From NCBI GenBank assembly GCA_905178155.1, contig CAJINV010000023.1:660659-689228 (forward strand): a stretch of 28,570 nt of DNA, in the 5' to 3' direction. The position numbers were made by a program, and so were the translations under genes. Below the pieces are notes generated by a model. The model saw only the letters and a program-made list of their open reading frames with translations, made no database searches and was not told the DNA's origin. Below, piece by piece: positions 1-11,200 of this stretch. The DNA comes from Amoebophrya sp. A120. Taxonomy: Eukaryota > Protista > Dinoflagellata. Every line of letters starts with the position of its first letter. Position 1 is the stretch's first letter.

Positions 1-77
1 GGGGAGCGGGCGGATCCCCGGGCAACGGGCGGATCCCCTGGGCGAAGGCGGATCCCCGGGAAGCGGGCGGATCCCCC
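1..77. repeat. GC-rich minisatellite, about 4 copies of a 19-21 bp unit with core GGCGGATCCCC
   Basis: GGCGGATCCCC recurs four times at about 20-bp spacing; the array may continue left of the window. Confidence 0.8.
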
Positions 78-457
78 AAAAAAATCCACAAAGCGAAATC
101 ACGACGCTATGCGTATTTTTTTCCCCTCATTCTAAACACAAAAAAACCGCGCTGCCGTCGTGATTCGTTGGTTTAGGTCTCAGAGCGTCAGGGTCTCTTT
201 TTTTTTATATTCCTCGGCGATTTTATTCAGTAGATTGATTCAAGAGAACTGCGCTCACGCCGACACTGCGCTTGGGCATGATATCTGGGCTGATCAGGAT
301 ACAAAACGAGATCTTTTATTGCCTTGTTGAGTCGATGAACAATTTAGTACCTGCTTGACTTTTTTGGTAAAAACATTTGCAACACGACTGAAACTACACG
401 GATGCTCAGAATCTAAAATCCTGATACAGTGAGTTGCTCCATGTTGTCTCACGATCG

Positions 458-493
458 TGCCTCTCGGTCTCGATAGATGCCTCTCGGTCTCGA
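458..493. repeat. Short tandem duplication (TGCCTCTCGGTCTCGA x2)
   Basis: Identical 16-mer at 458-473 and 478-493. Confidence 0.7.
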
Positions 494-697
494 AAGGATG
501 CGCGGTAGCCTTCGCGCTGTTGACTGGGGTGACAGTTCGCGCGCTTTTGGTTTTACCAATATCCTCGCCCTCCGGGCGCGACCTTCATATTATACGGAAT
601 GTTGTACTATAGTGCTGCTGGTGGTGCCCGCCGGCGTGCTCTGAGATGTTGAACTACAAACGAGTTTTATTGAGATGATTTGAATTCCTTCGACACA

Positions 698-3600
698 ATG
701 CTGCCCGGCGCGTTTCTATCGCAAGAAAAAACTGTTTCAGTGTAAACTTGTAATGCAGAAACTGTATCTGAGAACTGTTTGTCTTGCTACACAAGCAAGA
801 CACTGGATTTTTAGCTTTGTTTTCCCCTATAGGACAATCTCGCATGGCAAATTTTCTCTGTGATGTAGAGCAACCGTGTGATGCAAAACTTGCAAAATCC
901 TTACAGTGAAACACTTTTTTCGTCCGATACTCTCTTCCGCAAGCTAGTTCCCCGAATGGAGCGAAAGAGAAGGCAGCTTCAACATCGTTATTGAGAGGAA
1001 AAATCCCCCCTCGCCATATCGAAGCGGTATGTTTCCGAAAATTTGTGTTCCTGATTTGAGACCACAAACCAAGGCTGTCTTGCAAGAAGACAAGTGCAGA
1101 GGCTTCCGCGCCATTATGGAAGCGATTTGGCATGCTGTTGGGCCTAGGGGACAGCCCCAGCCGTTCTTTGTAATGCTAAACAACTAGACCCAAACGCGCG
1201 GACCTAGGCTGAGGATCTGGCTGCGATGTCTTACTGCAAGACAGCGCGCAGTTGTGTACGGAAATCCAGCATCAGAACTTCGTTTTGATATGGGGAGGGA
1301 GGGTTTTTCCTTACGATAATCGTCCATACTGACTCGGTACGCCGGATTCCTTCTATATGACTTGCTCAAATGTTACAATCTCAAGCGTTACAATAGAATC
1401 TGAAATTTGTGTTGCATGATGAGGATGACAGAAGGTTCCACCTTTTGCAATACAAATTTCGCCAGATTGTAGTGAGTTTTGGGGCTCCGAAACTTGTCAT
1501 GCGCAATCCTATGAGAGTTGGCTAGATCATGCAATCTTGCATCACAGATTTCCATATTCTATTGTAACGTTTGAGATTGTAGCACCTGAGCGGGTTATAT
1601 TCTAGCGTGCTTCTTTCTGGTTTTGGTGGAGCGTGAAATCAGCCGGAGAACTAGGTCTTCAGCTGGATCATGGCCCTGTTATTGCCCGGAAAAATCCCCC
1701 CCCCACGTTTATAGAAAGCGCAGCCTTCTGAAAATTTGTGATGCAGATTTGTGGTCACAAATCCTGTCTGCCTTGCCAGAAGGCAAACTCACTGACGCCG
1801 CCACGATATGCAGGCGATTTGTAATGCTGCAGGGCCTACAGGGGCCCAGACGTCTGCCATGCTAGGCCCCTACAGCAAAAGGGCTAGGGCCCGCCACCTT
1901 AGGCGTACGATCTGCGTGCAGCCCTTTACTGCAAGACAAGTGTGATTTGCGTACACAGATCCCGCATCACAGGCTTCCGATTTGATATGGGGAGGAGACG
2001 AGAATTGTCATTTTGATACCTGTGGGACGTTGTTCGCGCGGCAGCGAGGACGATCGAGTTGGACGGGGGCAGGAGGCTATGCATTGCAAAAGTGTCTGTG
2101 TCTGGAAGAGTGGCGGTTCAACTTGTAATGCTGTCTGCGGATTCCAAAAATGTCTGTGTTGCATGAGCAGCAAGAGGAGTCAGCTCATGGCACGCAGAGA
2201 GGGCATTTCTCATGCGTCATTAGCACCAAGAAGCTTTCATAAAATCAGTGATGCTAGAACCAGCATCACAGACCTCACGGATCATGCAACATGTGCATGA
2301 CAAGCCCCGACTCTTCCAGACCTAGACATTTTTGCAGTTGATAGAGGCGCACAGGATGGCGCAGCGCCCAAGGCGGAGCTGCCCGCACCTGAACCCATGA
2401 AGATTACGACAGAGTTATCCTGAGTAAAAACGTACCCACACCAGAGTTGTAATGCAGATTTGCAAAGACAGGAAGACTTGTAATGCGCATCCCCATGAGA
2501 GCCATTTCCAATCGTGTTTTGGAATTTGTGATGCTGTGAACAGGATGAGCAGATGAATCTGTGATGCGGCTGCACTTGCTAACCTGCACTACACTGCAGA
2601 TTGCAACTTGTCATGCGTGACTCACAAAACTCCTAGGTTTGTGTTGCAAAATCCCCATCCTGACTCTGGTGTGGGTACGTTTTTACTCAGGATAAGAGTC
2701 TGGAGGTGAAGGTCTGCATAAAGTAGTACCAATATCAAAATGAAAAATCCTCTCTCCCCACATCAAAACGAAATTTCTGAAGATGCTCCTGGATTTGCGT
2801 GCAGTAGAGGACTGCAGGCCCATATCATGCCGATGTAGAGAGGTTTTGCCCTAAGTAGGCACTTAGCATGAGGAACGTCTATGCTGTAGGCCCAACAGCA
2901 TCACAAACCGCCTGAATGATTGGGCGGACAGCCTATGCCGTTGCTTTCTTGCAAGACAGACACGACGATCATCTGTGGTCACAAATCAGCATCGCAAATC
3001 CTCTGTGGCGTGCCTTTTCGATATGGGGACGAGGGGGGATTTTTCCTTACGATAAAAATCAAGCAGAAGTACAACTAGTGTGCTGCCACCTATCAAATGC
3101 AAAAGTGTCTGGGTCTGGAAGATTCTGAGACTTGTCGTGCATGTTTTGCATGACCCAGGATGTCTGTAATGCACGACCTAGCATCACAGATTTTTAGAGG
3201 GCTTCCTGAACCTGGTGCCTACTCCGCATGACAAACGCCCTCCCCGCGTAGCACAAACTAGACTCCTCTTGCTGGTCATGCGTTACAGATTTTTTTAGAG
3301 ACCGAAGTTAGCATCACAAGTTCCAATTCTTCCAGACCCAGACACTTTTGCATTTGATACCACCGCAAACGGAGCAGACGTGGGACGAGGTTCTTTTGCT
3401 CGGATATCAAAAGGAAAAATCCCCCCTCCCCATATCAAAACGAAGTTTCTGATGCTAGATTTCCGTACACAAATCAGATTTGTCTTGCAGTGGGGGACTG
3501 CAGGCATATGCCAAGCCTGAGTCGAGAGGTTTTGACGTAGGCGCCTAGCATGACAAACGTCTAGGCTGTAAGCCCAACAGCATCAACACAAACCGCCTGC

Positions 3601-6600
3601 ATAATGCGGCGGACTCTCTGGGTTCGTTTTCTTGCAATACAGACAGGCTTTGTGGTCACAAATCTGCGTCACGAATTTTCAGACGAGTAGACTTTCAATA
3701 TGGGGAGGCGGGATTTTTCCCTACAATATCGGAAAGTTTGAGCGGGTGACGAAGGAAACCCCTGCCGAAAAAGCGGCGCGAAGAGCGAAGCATATTGAGA
3801 GGAAAAATGCCCCCTCCCCATATCGAAACGGCATGCTTCCGAAAATTTGTCTTGCTGATTCCCCATTTGATATGGGGTGGGGGCTTTTTTCATTTTGATA
3901 AAGCAGCGAACGTATCTGCAGGGTGCGTACGAGCACGTCGCGCACACCTTCGCGCCGGGCTTTTGCAAGCGGGTGAGTCGACTAGGGCCGGGCGGCGACG
4001 GCGGCAAGAACGTTTGCGCGGACCAGCTCCCCAATGCTGGGCAAAGTAGAAATAATGGCTCCCCTGCCACGTCGCTGACGGGTTCCGTTGGAGCCGGCGA
4101 TCCTTTGGCGACGTCGTTATTACAATGAAAAATGCCCCCACCCCCGAATCGTTGGGAGCATTTGTATTGCAAACCTTTCCAAGTGAAACATTCGCCCTCT
4201 TGCATCTCTCAGCATCACAGGTTTCTAATCGTGAATAGCAAAAATTTGCATTGCAAAAGACCCCAGCAAGAGGGGCGCTTGTCATGCAAGCGATGCGATA
4301 CACGCCGAGACTCTGCATCGGAAAGATTCATACTCCTTTCATGCATAGATAAAAAAGTTCTTCATTTGAAAACCTTACGCATGACAAATTTTTGCAATTT
4401 CAGTGGTGGGGGGCACTTTTTACTGTAATAGTCGTCCTGTCTCGTTTATTCCCTCGGGTCTCGCCTCGATTTTTCCTTCGAAGCGGCCGTAGTGCGGGAG
4501 ACGGGGTATCAAAAGGAAAAATCCGCCCTCCCCATATTAAGAGAGTGTTTCTGATGCTGGATTTGCGTACACAAATCAGGTCTGTCTTGCAGTAGAGGAC
4601 GGCAGCAGGCCCATACTAAGCCTAGGCACAAGGGTAGTTTTGACGTAGGAGCGTAGCATGGCAAGCGTGTACTCTGTAGGCCGCATAGCATGATCACAAA
4701 CAGCCTGCATAATGCGGCTGAGTTGCTGGATTGGCCTTCTTGCAATACCTAGACGACTTGGGGTCACAAATCAGCATCGCAAATTTTCAGCAGTATCCCT
4801 TTTTGGTATGGGGAGGGAGATCTTTCCTCACAATACGGGGTGCGCGGTAGCCACCTTTGACTGCACCGTTCCGCCCGAAAAAGGACAAGCGCTAGCGAAG
4901 AAGCTACCGGGGACCGTATTCTGAGTAAAAGCGGGGCCCACACCCCAGAGTTGTCATGCAAATCTGCATGCCAAAAAAGTTTCATCTCATGCGGAGGGGG
5001 CCCATGAGGAGCATTTTGAAGTCGTGTTTTGGAATTTGTGATTCTAAAATCAGCATGATGTGCTAGATCTGTGATGCTGCTGAACTAGCTCAACAGGATA
5101 ATTACACTACGAGGACATCAAACTTGTCATGCGAAACAGCCAAAGCTGGCTGATTTGTCTAGCAGATTTCCCATCTTGACTATGGGGTCGTGGGGAGGTT
5201 TTTGCGGAGGATAGACCGTCAATTTTCACCCGTGGTGCGTGGGCGAATCGGACGAAGAGAAGCCGATCAGCAGCGACGTGGGCTACAAGAAGAAGACCGG
5301 TATCAGAATGAAAAATCCCCCCTCCCCATAAATCAAAACGAAGTTTCTGATGCTGGATTTGCCTACACAAATCAGATTTGTCTTGCTGGCGAGGACTGCA
5401 GGCCCGTACTAAGTGTGGGCAGAGAGGTTTTGGCCTAGACGCTTAGCATGAAAAACATCCGCGCTGTGGGCCCAACAGCATGACAAACCGCCTGCACAAT
5501 GCGGCGGAGCCTGCGGAGTTGCCTTCTTGTAAGACAGACGCGATTTGTGGCCACAGATCAGCATCACAAATTTCCAAACATATGCCTTTTCGGTATGGGG
5601 AGGGGGGATTTTTGCTTTTGATAACCGGACAGTTTTACACACTGGAGACCATTCAAAGAAAATTAGGCCACGTATCAAAAAAAAAAAATCCCCCCTCCCC
5701 ATATCAAAATGGAAATCTGTGATGCAGCTTTGTGGTCACAAATCAACTTTGTCATGCTAGCAGGGAAAAGATGCGGACTGTAGTGCAGGGTGGTGTGGGA
5801 AAGCCTTGCAGGTCCAGCATGACAGGAGGCAGCTGGAAGTATGAAACAGCATGACAAATTGCCTGCAAACCAGGCCACAGCTGCGGCTCTTGGCTTTCTA
5901 GCAATACAAATCGATTTGTGTACTCAAATACAGCATCACAAATTTCGTTTTCGATATGGGGAGGGGGGATTTTTCCTCTCAATACCACGAGCGCGTCGAC
6001 TTGTTGAAGATGGACATTGAGCGCAGCGAGTTCGGTATCGCAAGAAAAAACTGTTTCACTGTAAACTTGTAATGCAGAAAATGCATCTGAGAAGTATTTG
6101 TCTTGCTACACATGCAAGACAGTGGATTTTTAGCTGTGTTTTTCCTTAGGAATCTCGCATGGCAAATTTTCTCTGTGATGTAAAACAAACTTGTCATGCA
6201 AAATTTGCAAAATCCTTACAGTGAAACACTTTTTTCATACGATATTCGGCGTGGTAAAAGGCCTCCGACTCAACAGCCCTCAACAAGCGGGGGAAGAGCG
6301 AAAATTTCTGCCACGGCAAATCTTGATGGAAACGCATTTGCACGACGCCTACAACTATCAACTTCAAAAATGTCTGGGTCTGGAAACTTGTGATGCAAGT
6401 CCGTGAACAATAAGTGCTCTGTAATGCGCCGCCAAGCGTGACAAGTTTTTTCGTGCTTCTTTGATGCGTATTTCGCATGAGAAACTGCGCTTTTGCATGA
6501 CAGGCAAGAGCACCTCTTGATGGCCGCGCAATACAGAGCGCCGAGTCATGCCAGACTAGCATGACAATCTTCCAGACCCAGACATATTTGCGATGCATAA

Positions 6601-7340
6601 CAACCTCTGGGGCGGGAAAGCTGTCACCGCTGCACAATGGTCGGACTTCTGGCAGAAGTTGCGCGGCCTCTATTAGAATGAAAAATCCTTCCTCTCTTTT
6701 TTAACGAAGTTTCTGATGCTGGATTTGCGTATACAAATCAGATTTGTCTTGCTGGCGAGGACTGCAGGCCCATATCAAGCCTGAGTAGACAGGTTTTGGC
6801 CTAGGCGCTTAGCATGAAAGATGTCTACGCTGTAGGGACGACGCATGACAAACCGCCTGTAGAATGCGGCGGATCCTGTGGCGTTGCCTTCATGCAACAC
6901 AGAGACGATTGGTGGCCACAAATCAGCAACACAAATTTTCGGAAACATACCTTTTCAATATGGGAAGGGGGGATTTTTCCGCTCAATAACCTCGGCTACC
7001 GAGTCATTGCGCACGAACCAAATCCAGTGGGAGCGGTCTGCCACGAGTGGAGCGTCAAGCTCGATATGGATTGCAAATATGTCTGGGTCTGGAAGGTGGA
7101 AACTTGTCATGGTAAATCTGAATCATGTAAAAATCTGTGTTGCATGATTACCAAAAGCTCTTCACTTTTGACTAAGTTAGGATGGAGTTTCTCATGCAGG
7201 ATAGGCATGGCAGAGACCTCGCAGAGTCTGTCATGCTGAGTCCCGCATTCCAGACCTCATGGGTCATGGAAAATCTGCATGACAAGTTCACACTTTTCCA
7301 GATCCAGACATTTTTGCACTTGATACTCGAGGACCAGTGA
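698..7340 (+). CDS. METTL24/Methyltransf_22-like SAM-dependent methyltransferase, type II membrane protein; 20 exons split by 19 introners; 415 aa
   Basis: Removing 19 elements plus 5 nt each gives a 1248-nt ORF from ATG698 to TGA7340. N-terminal TM segment (YAGFLLACFFLVLV), then family motifs CKRVSRLGPGGDGGKNVC, CLVYSLGSRLDFSFE, GCAVATFDCT, VDLLKMDIERSEF, QILMETH and GYRVIAHEPN. Confidence 0.85.
717..929. mobile_element. Introner/MITE family D
   Basis: TIR TATCGCAAGAAAAAA...TTTTTTCGTCCGATA; imperfect TSD GTTTC/CTCTC. Confidence 0.85.
989..1318. mobile_element. Introner/MITE family A
   Basis: TIR TATTGAGAGGAAAAATCCCC...TTTTTCCTTACGATA; TSD ATCGT. Confidence 0.9.
1356..1599. mobile_element. 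Introner/MITE family E
   Basis: TIR TATGACTTGCTCA...TGAGCGGGTTATA; TSD TTCTA; reverse-orientation homolog of 17821-18072. Confidence 0.9.
1680..2018. mobile_element. Introner/MITE family A
   Basis: Diverged A-type TIRs; TSD CCTGT. Confidence 0.85.
2078..2343. mobile_element. Introner/MITE family B
   Basis: TIR TATGCATTGCAAAAGTGTCTGTGTCTGGAA; TSD GAGGC. Confidence 0.9.
2416..2694. mobile_element. Introner/MITE family C
   Basis: Perfect TIR TATCCTGAGTAAAAACGTACCCACACCAGAGT; TSD AGAGT. Confidence 0.92.
2733..3054. mobile_element. Introner/MITE family A
   Basis: A-type TIRs; TSD ACCAA/ATCAA offset by a 3-nt spacer (AAA). Confidence 0.85.
3091..3359. mobile_element. Introner/MITE family B
   Basis: Perfect TIR TATCAAATGCAAAAGTGTCTGGGTCTGGAAGA; TSD CCACC. 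Confidence 0.92.
3405..3728. mobile_element. Introner/MITE family A
   Basis: TIR TATCAAAAGGAAAAATCCCCCTCCCCATAT; TSD TCGGA. Confidence 0.9.
3793..3900. mobile_element. Introner family A, internally deleted (108 bp)
   Basis: Both A-type TIRs retained; TSD AAGCA. Confidence 0.88.
4118..4430. mobile_element. Introner/MITE family G (single copy in window)
   Basis: TIR TATTACAATGAAAAATGCCCCCA...GGGGGCACTTTTTACTGTAATA; TSD GTCGT. Confidence 0.88.
4507..4835. mobile_element. Introner/MITE family A
   Basis: A-type TIRs; TSD CGGGG. Confidence 0.9.
4917..5213. mobile_element. Introner/MITE family C
   Basis: C-type TIRs; TSD GACCG. Confidence 0.88.
5301..5623. mobile_element. Introner/MITE family A
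   Basis: A-type TIRs; TSD ACCGG. Confidence 0.9.
5673..5984. mobile_element. Introner/MITE family A
   Basis: A-type TIRs; TSD CCACG; same subfamily as 27245-27556. Confidence 0.9.
6036..6244. mobile_element. Introner/MITE family D
   Basis: D-type TIRs; TSD TTCGG. Confidence 0.9.
6356..6599. mobile_element. Introner/MITE family B
   Basis: B-type TIRs; TSD ACAAC. Confidence 0.9.
6671..6988. mobile_element. Introner/MITE family A
   Basis: A-type TIRs; TSD GCCTC/ACCTC. Confidence 0.88.
7065..7325. mobile_element. Introner/MITE family B
   Basis: B-type TIRs; TSD CTCGA; close to 26447-26707. Confidence 0.9.
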
Positions 7341-7984
7341 CGATTGTGCGCATTCTAAATGTTGTGTCAGGGTACGGCAAAGTGCAGAGTTTGTCATGCA
7401 GGTAGTCGCGGGGACAAGTACTTCAATTAAACGGACTTTCAGCTTGAGGGACTGAAATGCTTACAATACCTGTGTCAAAAGATAAAGAGACTGCTGTCGC
7501 TTATCGCACTTTCCGAATCTCGAGTGTCTTCTGCAGCTGTCTGCGGACTTCTATATGTGCTGTCGTTGTTTGCGCACGACGCATGACAGATGATCACGGG
7601 CACAGTTAAGAAGGGCTCGATATTGATGGCATCGAACACTTCATGACCAAATAGACAGCATGCGCGTGTTGACTCTGTGGTGACAAACTTCGGAATTACT
7701 TATTCAAAAAAAGGGAGCAGAGGGCTTCGTTGCAGTGCAAGCTTGGAGATGAGAAATCCCAGATTTGCAATTTGGGCGCAGCCGAAATGTGTTATCGTGA
7801 TCTGTGGATGTTGTCGGTTGCCCTTGCCTTTCCGAAATGGAGGCGAAGATCTCAAGTTTAAATTTCTAGAAACGGAGGTAGGACATTGTCCCAACTACAA
7901 AATTCGTAGTTATGCCCAAATCGCATGCTTTTTCACGGCACCAGGGAAGATGTTGAGGAACACGAATTAGTCCTCGGCTTCTTC

Positions 7985-8239
7985 TATCAACTGCAAATAT
8001 GTCTGGGTCTGGAAGAGTGCAAGTTTGTCATGCTTGTCTGGCATGAGTCTTAAATCTGTGATGCATGAGCAGGAAAAGGGCCTCTTGCCTGTCATGCAAG
8101 ATGAACGCAGTTTGTCATGCGAAAAACGAAACACACAGCAGCGCAAAAGCTTGTCATGTTGGGCTGCGTATTGCAGTGCGCCAACAATTCTTAGATATGC
8201 ATCACAAGTTTCCAGACCCAGACATTTTTGCATTTGATA
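7985..8239. mobile_element. Introner/MITE family B, probably in the 5' UTR of the deacetylase gene
   Basis: B-type TIRs; flanked by CTTCTTC on both sides. Confidence 0.88.
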
Positions 8240-8284
8240 CTTCTTCTGTTCCGCAAGCGAGGGCTGCCGTTGTTCGTAACGGTT

Positions 8285-11200
8285 ATGGCGATGAGGGCCC
8301 CGCCCTCGACTGTAGTAACAGCGTTTGTGTTTCACGATGTCGTCGACTGGGAAGAGGCTCCGTTCTGCAGCGACGCCGCGTGGCGAAACTGTATGAGCGC
8401 CGGGCCCTTTCTGACCCGCGGCGCGTTCGATATCAAACGCAAAAATGTCTGGGTCTGGAAGGTTGCAACTTGTAATGCTAGCTCTCCATACGACCTTGGA
8501 AATTTGTATTGCATGGCAAACAAAAGTCGCAGCCTCTTTTGCACATGCAAAAACGCAGTTTGTAGTCTTGCGGATTTGCTATGAGAAAGCGTTCTGAAAT
8601 AAAGTTGTCATGCTGTGTCACATTCGGAACTGTTTCCATCATCCACATTTTAGCATCACAAGTTTCCAGACCCAGATACTTTTGCAATGCATATTCGAAG
8701 GAAAGTATCGCAAGAAAAAACTGTTTCACTGTGAACTTGTGATGCAGAAAACGAAACGCCAAAGTGTTTGTCTTGCTACACCTGCAAGACATCCGATTTG
8801 CAAGCGTGTTTTCCCTTGGGAAGCGCGCATGGCAAATTTTCTGTCTCGTGTGTAACAAACTTGTGATGCAGATATCGCTAAGTCACAACAGTGAAACAGT
8901 TTTTTCGTGGGATAGAAAGTTGCGATTCTTGTGTGAAACGTACGACCACGTGGTTTCCGTCCAGGATTTTTTTGCGCTATCAAATGCAAAAATGTCTGGT
9001 TCTGGAAGAATTGGAACTTGTGATGCTAGCTTTGGTCTCTAAAAAAATCAGTATTGCATGACCAGCAAGAGGAGTCTAGTTTGTGCTACGCGGGGAGGGC
9101 GTTTTGTCATGCGGAGTGGGCATCAGGAAGTCCCCCTCTAAAAATCTGTGATGGTAGGGCATGCATCACAAACAATCCTGGGTCATGCAAAACATGCATG
9201 ACAAGTCTTAGAATCTTCCAGATCCAGACATTTTTGCATTTGATATGCGCTATTTGGCAAAGACCATCTGCCAGCGTCCAAACAGCAGGCGGCCGAGGAC
9301 CAAACCGAAAGCGAAAATAACCGGCAATTGGCGCACGAAACAAGTGGTGGCCGCAGAGTCTGCGTCCTGACGTTCGATGACGGGATTCGCAGCGACTCGG
9401 CTACCGTAGTGCCACTTTTGCAGAAGTACGGCGCGACGGCATCCTTCTATGTGATCGGTGAAGTATTGGAGAAGCGCACGGTGGTCCGGGCTCACAAAAT
9501 CCAGTTTCTTGTTCATGGCCCGAAACGGCACGCCGTTCTGGCAAAAGTTCTCGAGCATCTGCAGGAGCAGGAGCAGCTAAGAACTACATTATCTTCTACT
9601 TCCACATCTTCTACAAGAACGTCGAGAACAATGGTGGTGGAACAACAACTACACGGAAAAAATAAAGTAGAACACGACGAGAGCTGCAGGGAATCAACAT
9701 GGCTAGAAAATTTGTGGGCAACAAAGTCGCGGACCCGGTATCGGCGCAACTTCTGGTCCCGCTGCTATCGAACGGAAAAATCCCCCCTCCCCATATTGAA
9801 ACGGAAATTTCTGTTGCTGGATTTGTGTACACAAATCAGCTCTGTCTTGCAGTGAGGCACTACAGGCAGAGCCTAAGCCTGCGTGTGGGGGGTTTGGTGT
9901 AGGTGCTTGGCATAGCAGAGGCCTGCCATGATGCCGCCACAGCATCCATTACAAACCGCCTGCATAACGCGGCGGACTCTTTGGATTTGCCCTCTTGCAA
10001 GAGAGACTGGATTTGTGGTCACAAATCAGCATCACAAATTTTTAGAGTCATACCTTGCCAGTATGGGGAGGGGGGGATTTTTTCTCTCAATAGCTGCGAA
10101 ATCTTTCTCACTGCGGTCCTGCGCGATCCGGCGCACGGGGTCCTCTTGGACGAGCTTTTTTCCCGATTTGTGCTTGACCGGCTGAAAGTATCCGAGTCAC
10201 AGTTTATTCTGAGAAAATCTTCCCTCCCCATATCGAAAGGGAAATTTGTGATGCTGACTTGTGACCACAAATCAGCTGTGTCTTGCGTACAAGGCAAAGT
10301 GCACCCATGTGGCGCATAGTGCAGCGAGTCTGTCATGCGTTTTCTCCTATGCCAGATTTGTTTCTTATGCTCAGCTGCTAGCCGGACGATGCGTAGCACC
10401 TTCTAAATGGGCTTAGAATAATATGCCGCCACGTCGCTCTTGCTGCAATAGAAAGCTCATTTGTGTACATAAGTAAATCCAGCAACACAAATTGTCTTTT
10501 GACTATGGGGTGGGGGCTTTTTTCAGTTTGATACAATTCGCCGCCAAGTTCTACGCGAGTGACGCGGAGCTCGCGGACATGCAGCGTGCCGGGATGGTAT
10601 CAAAAGGAAAAATCCCCCCTCCCCATATCAAAGCCGAATAAATCTGTGCTGCGGGATTTGTGTAAGTACACAAATCAGCTTTGTCTTGCAGTATGGGAAT
10701 GCAGGCAGATACGAAGCCTTCCGGGCGGGGATGTTCTGACGTAGGCACTTAGCACGACAGAGACAGATCCCCGCTGTAGGCCTAGCAGCATTACAAACCG
10801 CCCGCAAATAAATGCGGCGAAGTGTCTGGATTTGCCTTCTTTCAATACAGAGACGCTCTGTGGCCACAAATCCGCATCACAAATTTTCACAAGTGTCCCC
10901 TTTTGGTACGGGAAGGGGGGATTTTTCCTCACGATAGATGGAGCTCGGCGCGCATGGGTACTACCACGACAAGCGTGACGACGTCGAAAACTGGAACCGG
11001 TGCGCGACGGCGATGGAACGCGTCCTGGGAACGTCGCCCGTATCCTGAGTAAAAACGTACCCACACCAGAGTCAGGATGGGGAATCGGCTAGACAAATCC
11101 ACAAGTTTTGGCTGTCTTGCATGACAAATTTGATGGAGCCGTATTGTAGTGCTGTTTGAGCTAGCTCAGCAGCATCACAGATCTAGTATATGGTACTGAT

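Noticed and set aside
717-7325. Repeat/unique alternation resembling a CRISPR array or integron cassettes
   Set aside because: The repeats are 100-350 bp, belong to several families and occur in both orientations; the unique parts join into one ORF; no cas or integrase gene is present
7925-8284. ATG7925 as the start of the deacetylase gene
   Set aside because: With the standard 5-nt rule (or 4/7-nt removal) it is out of frame with the CE4 domain. It would need a 0, 3 or 6-nt exception, so it is not adopted, although it is not excluded
7341-8284. Dinoflagellate spliced-leader relic, tRNA or rRNA in intergenic regions
   Set aside because: No match to the spliced-leader sequence and no cloverleaf or rRNA motif recognised by eye
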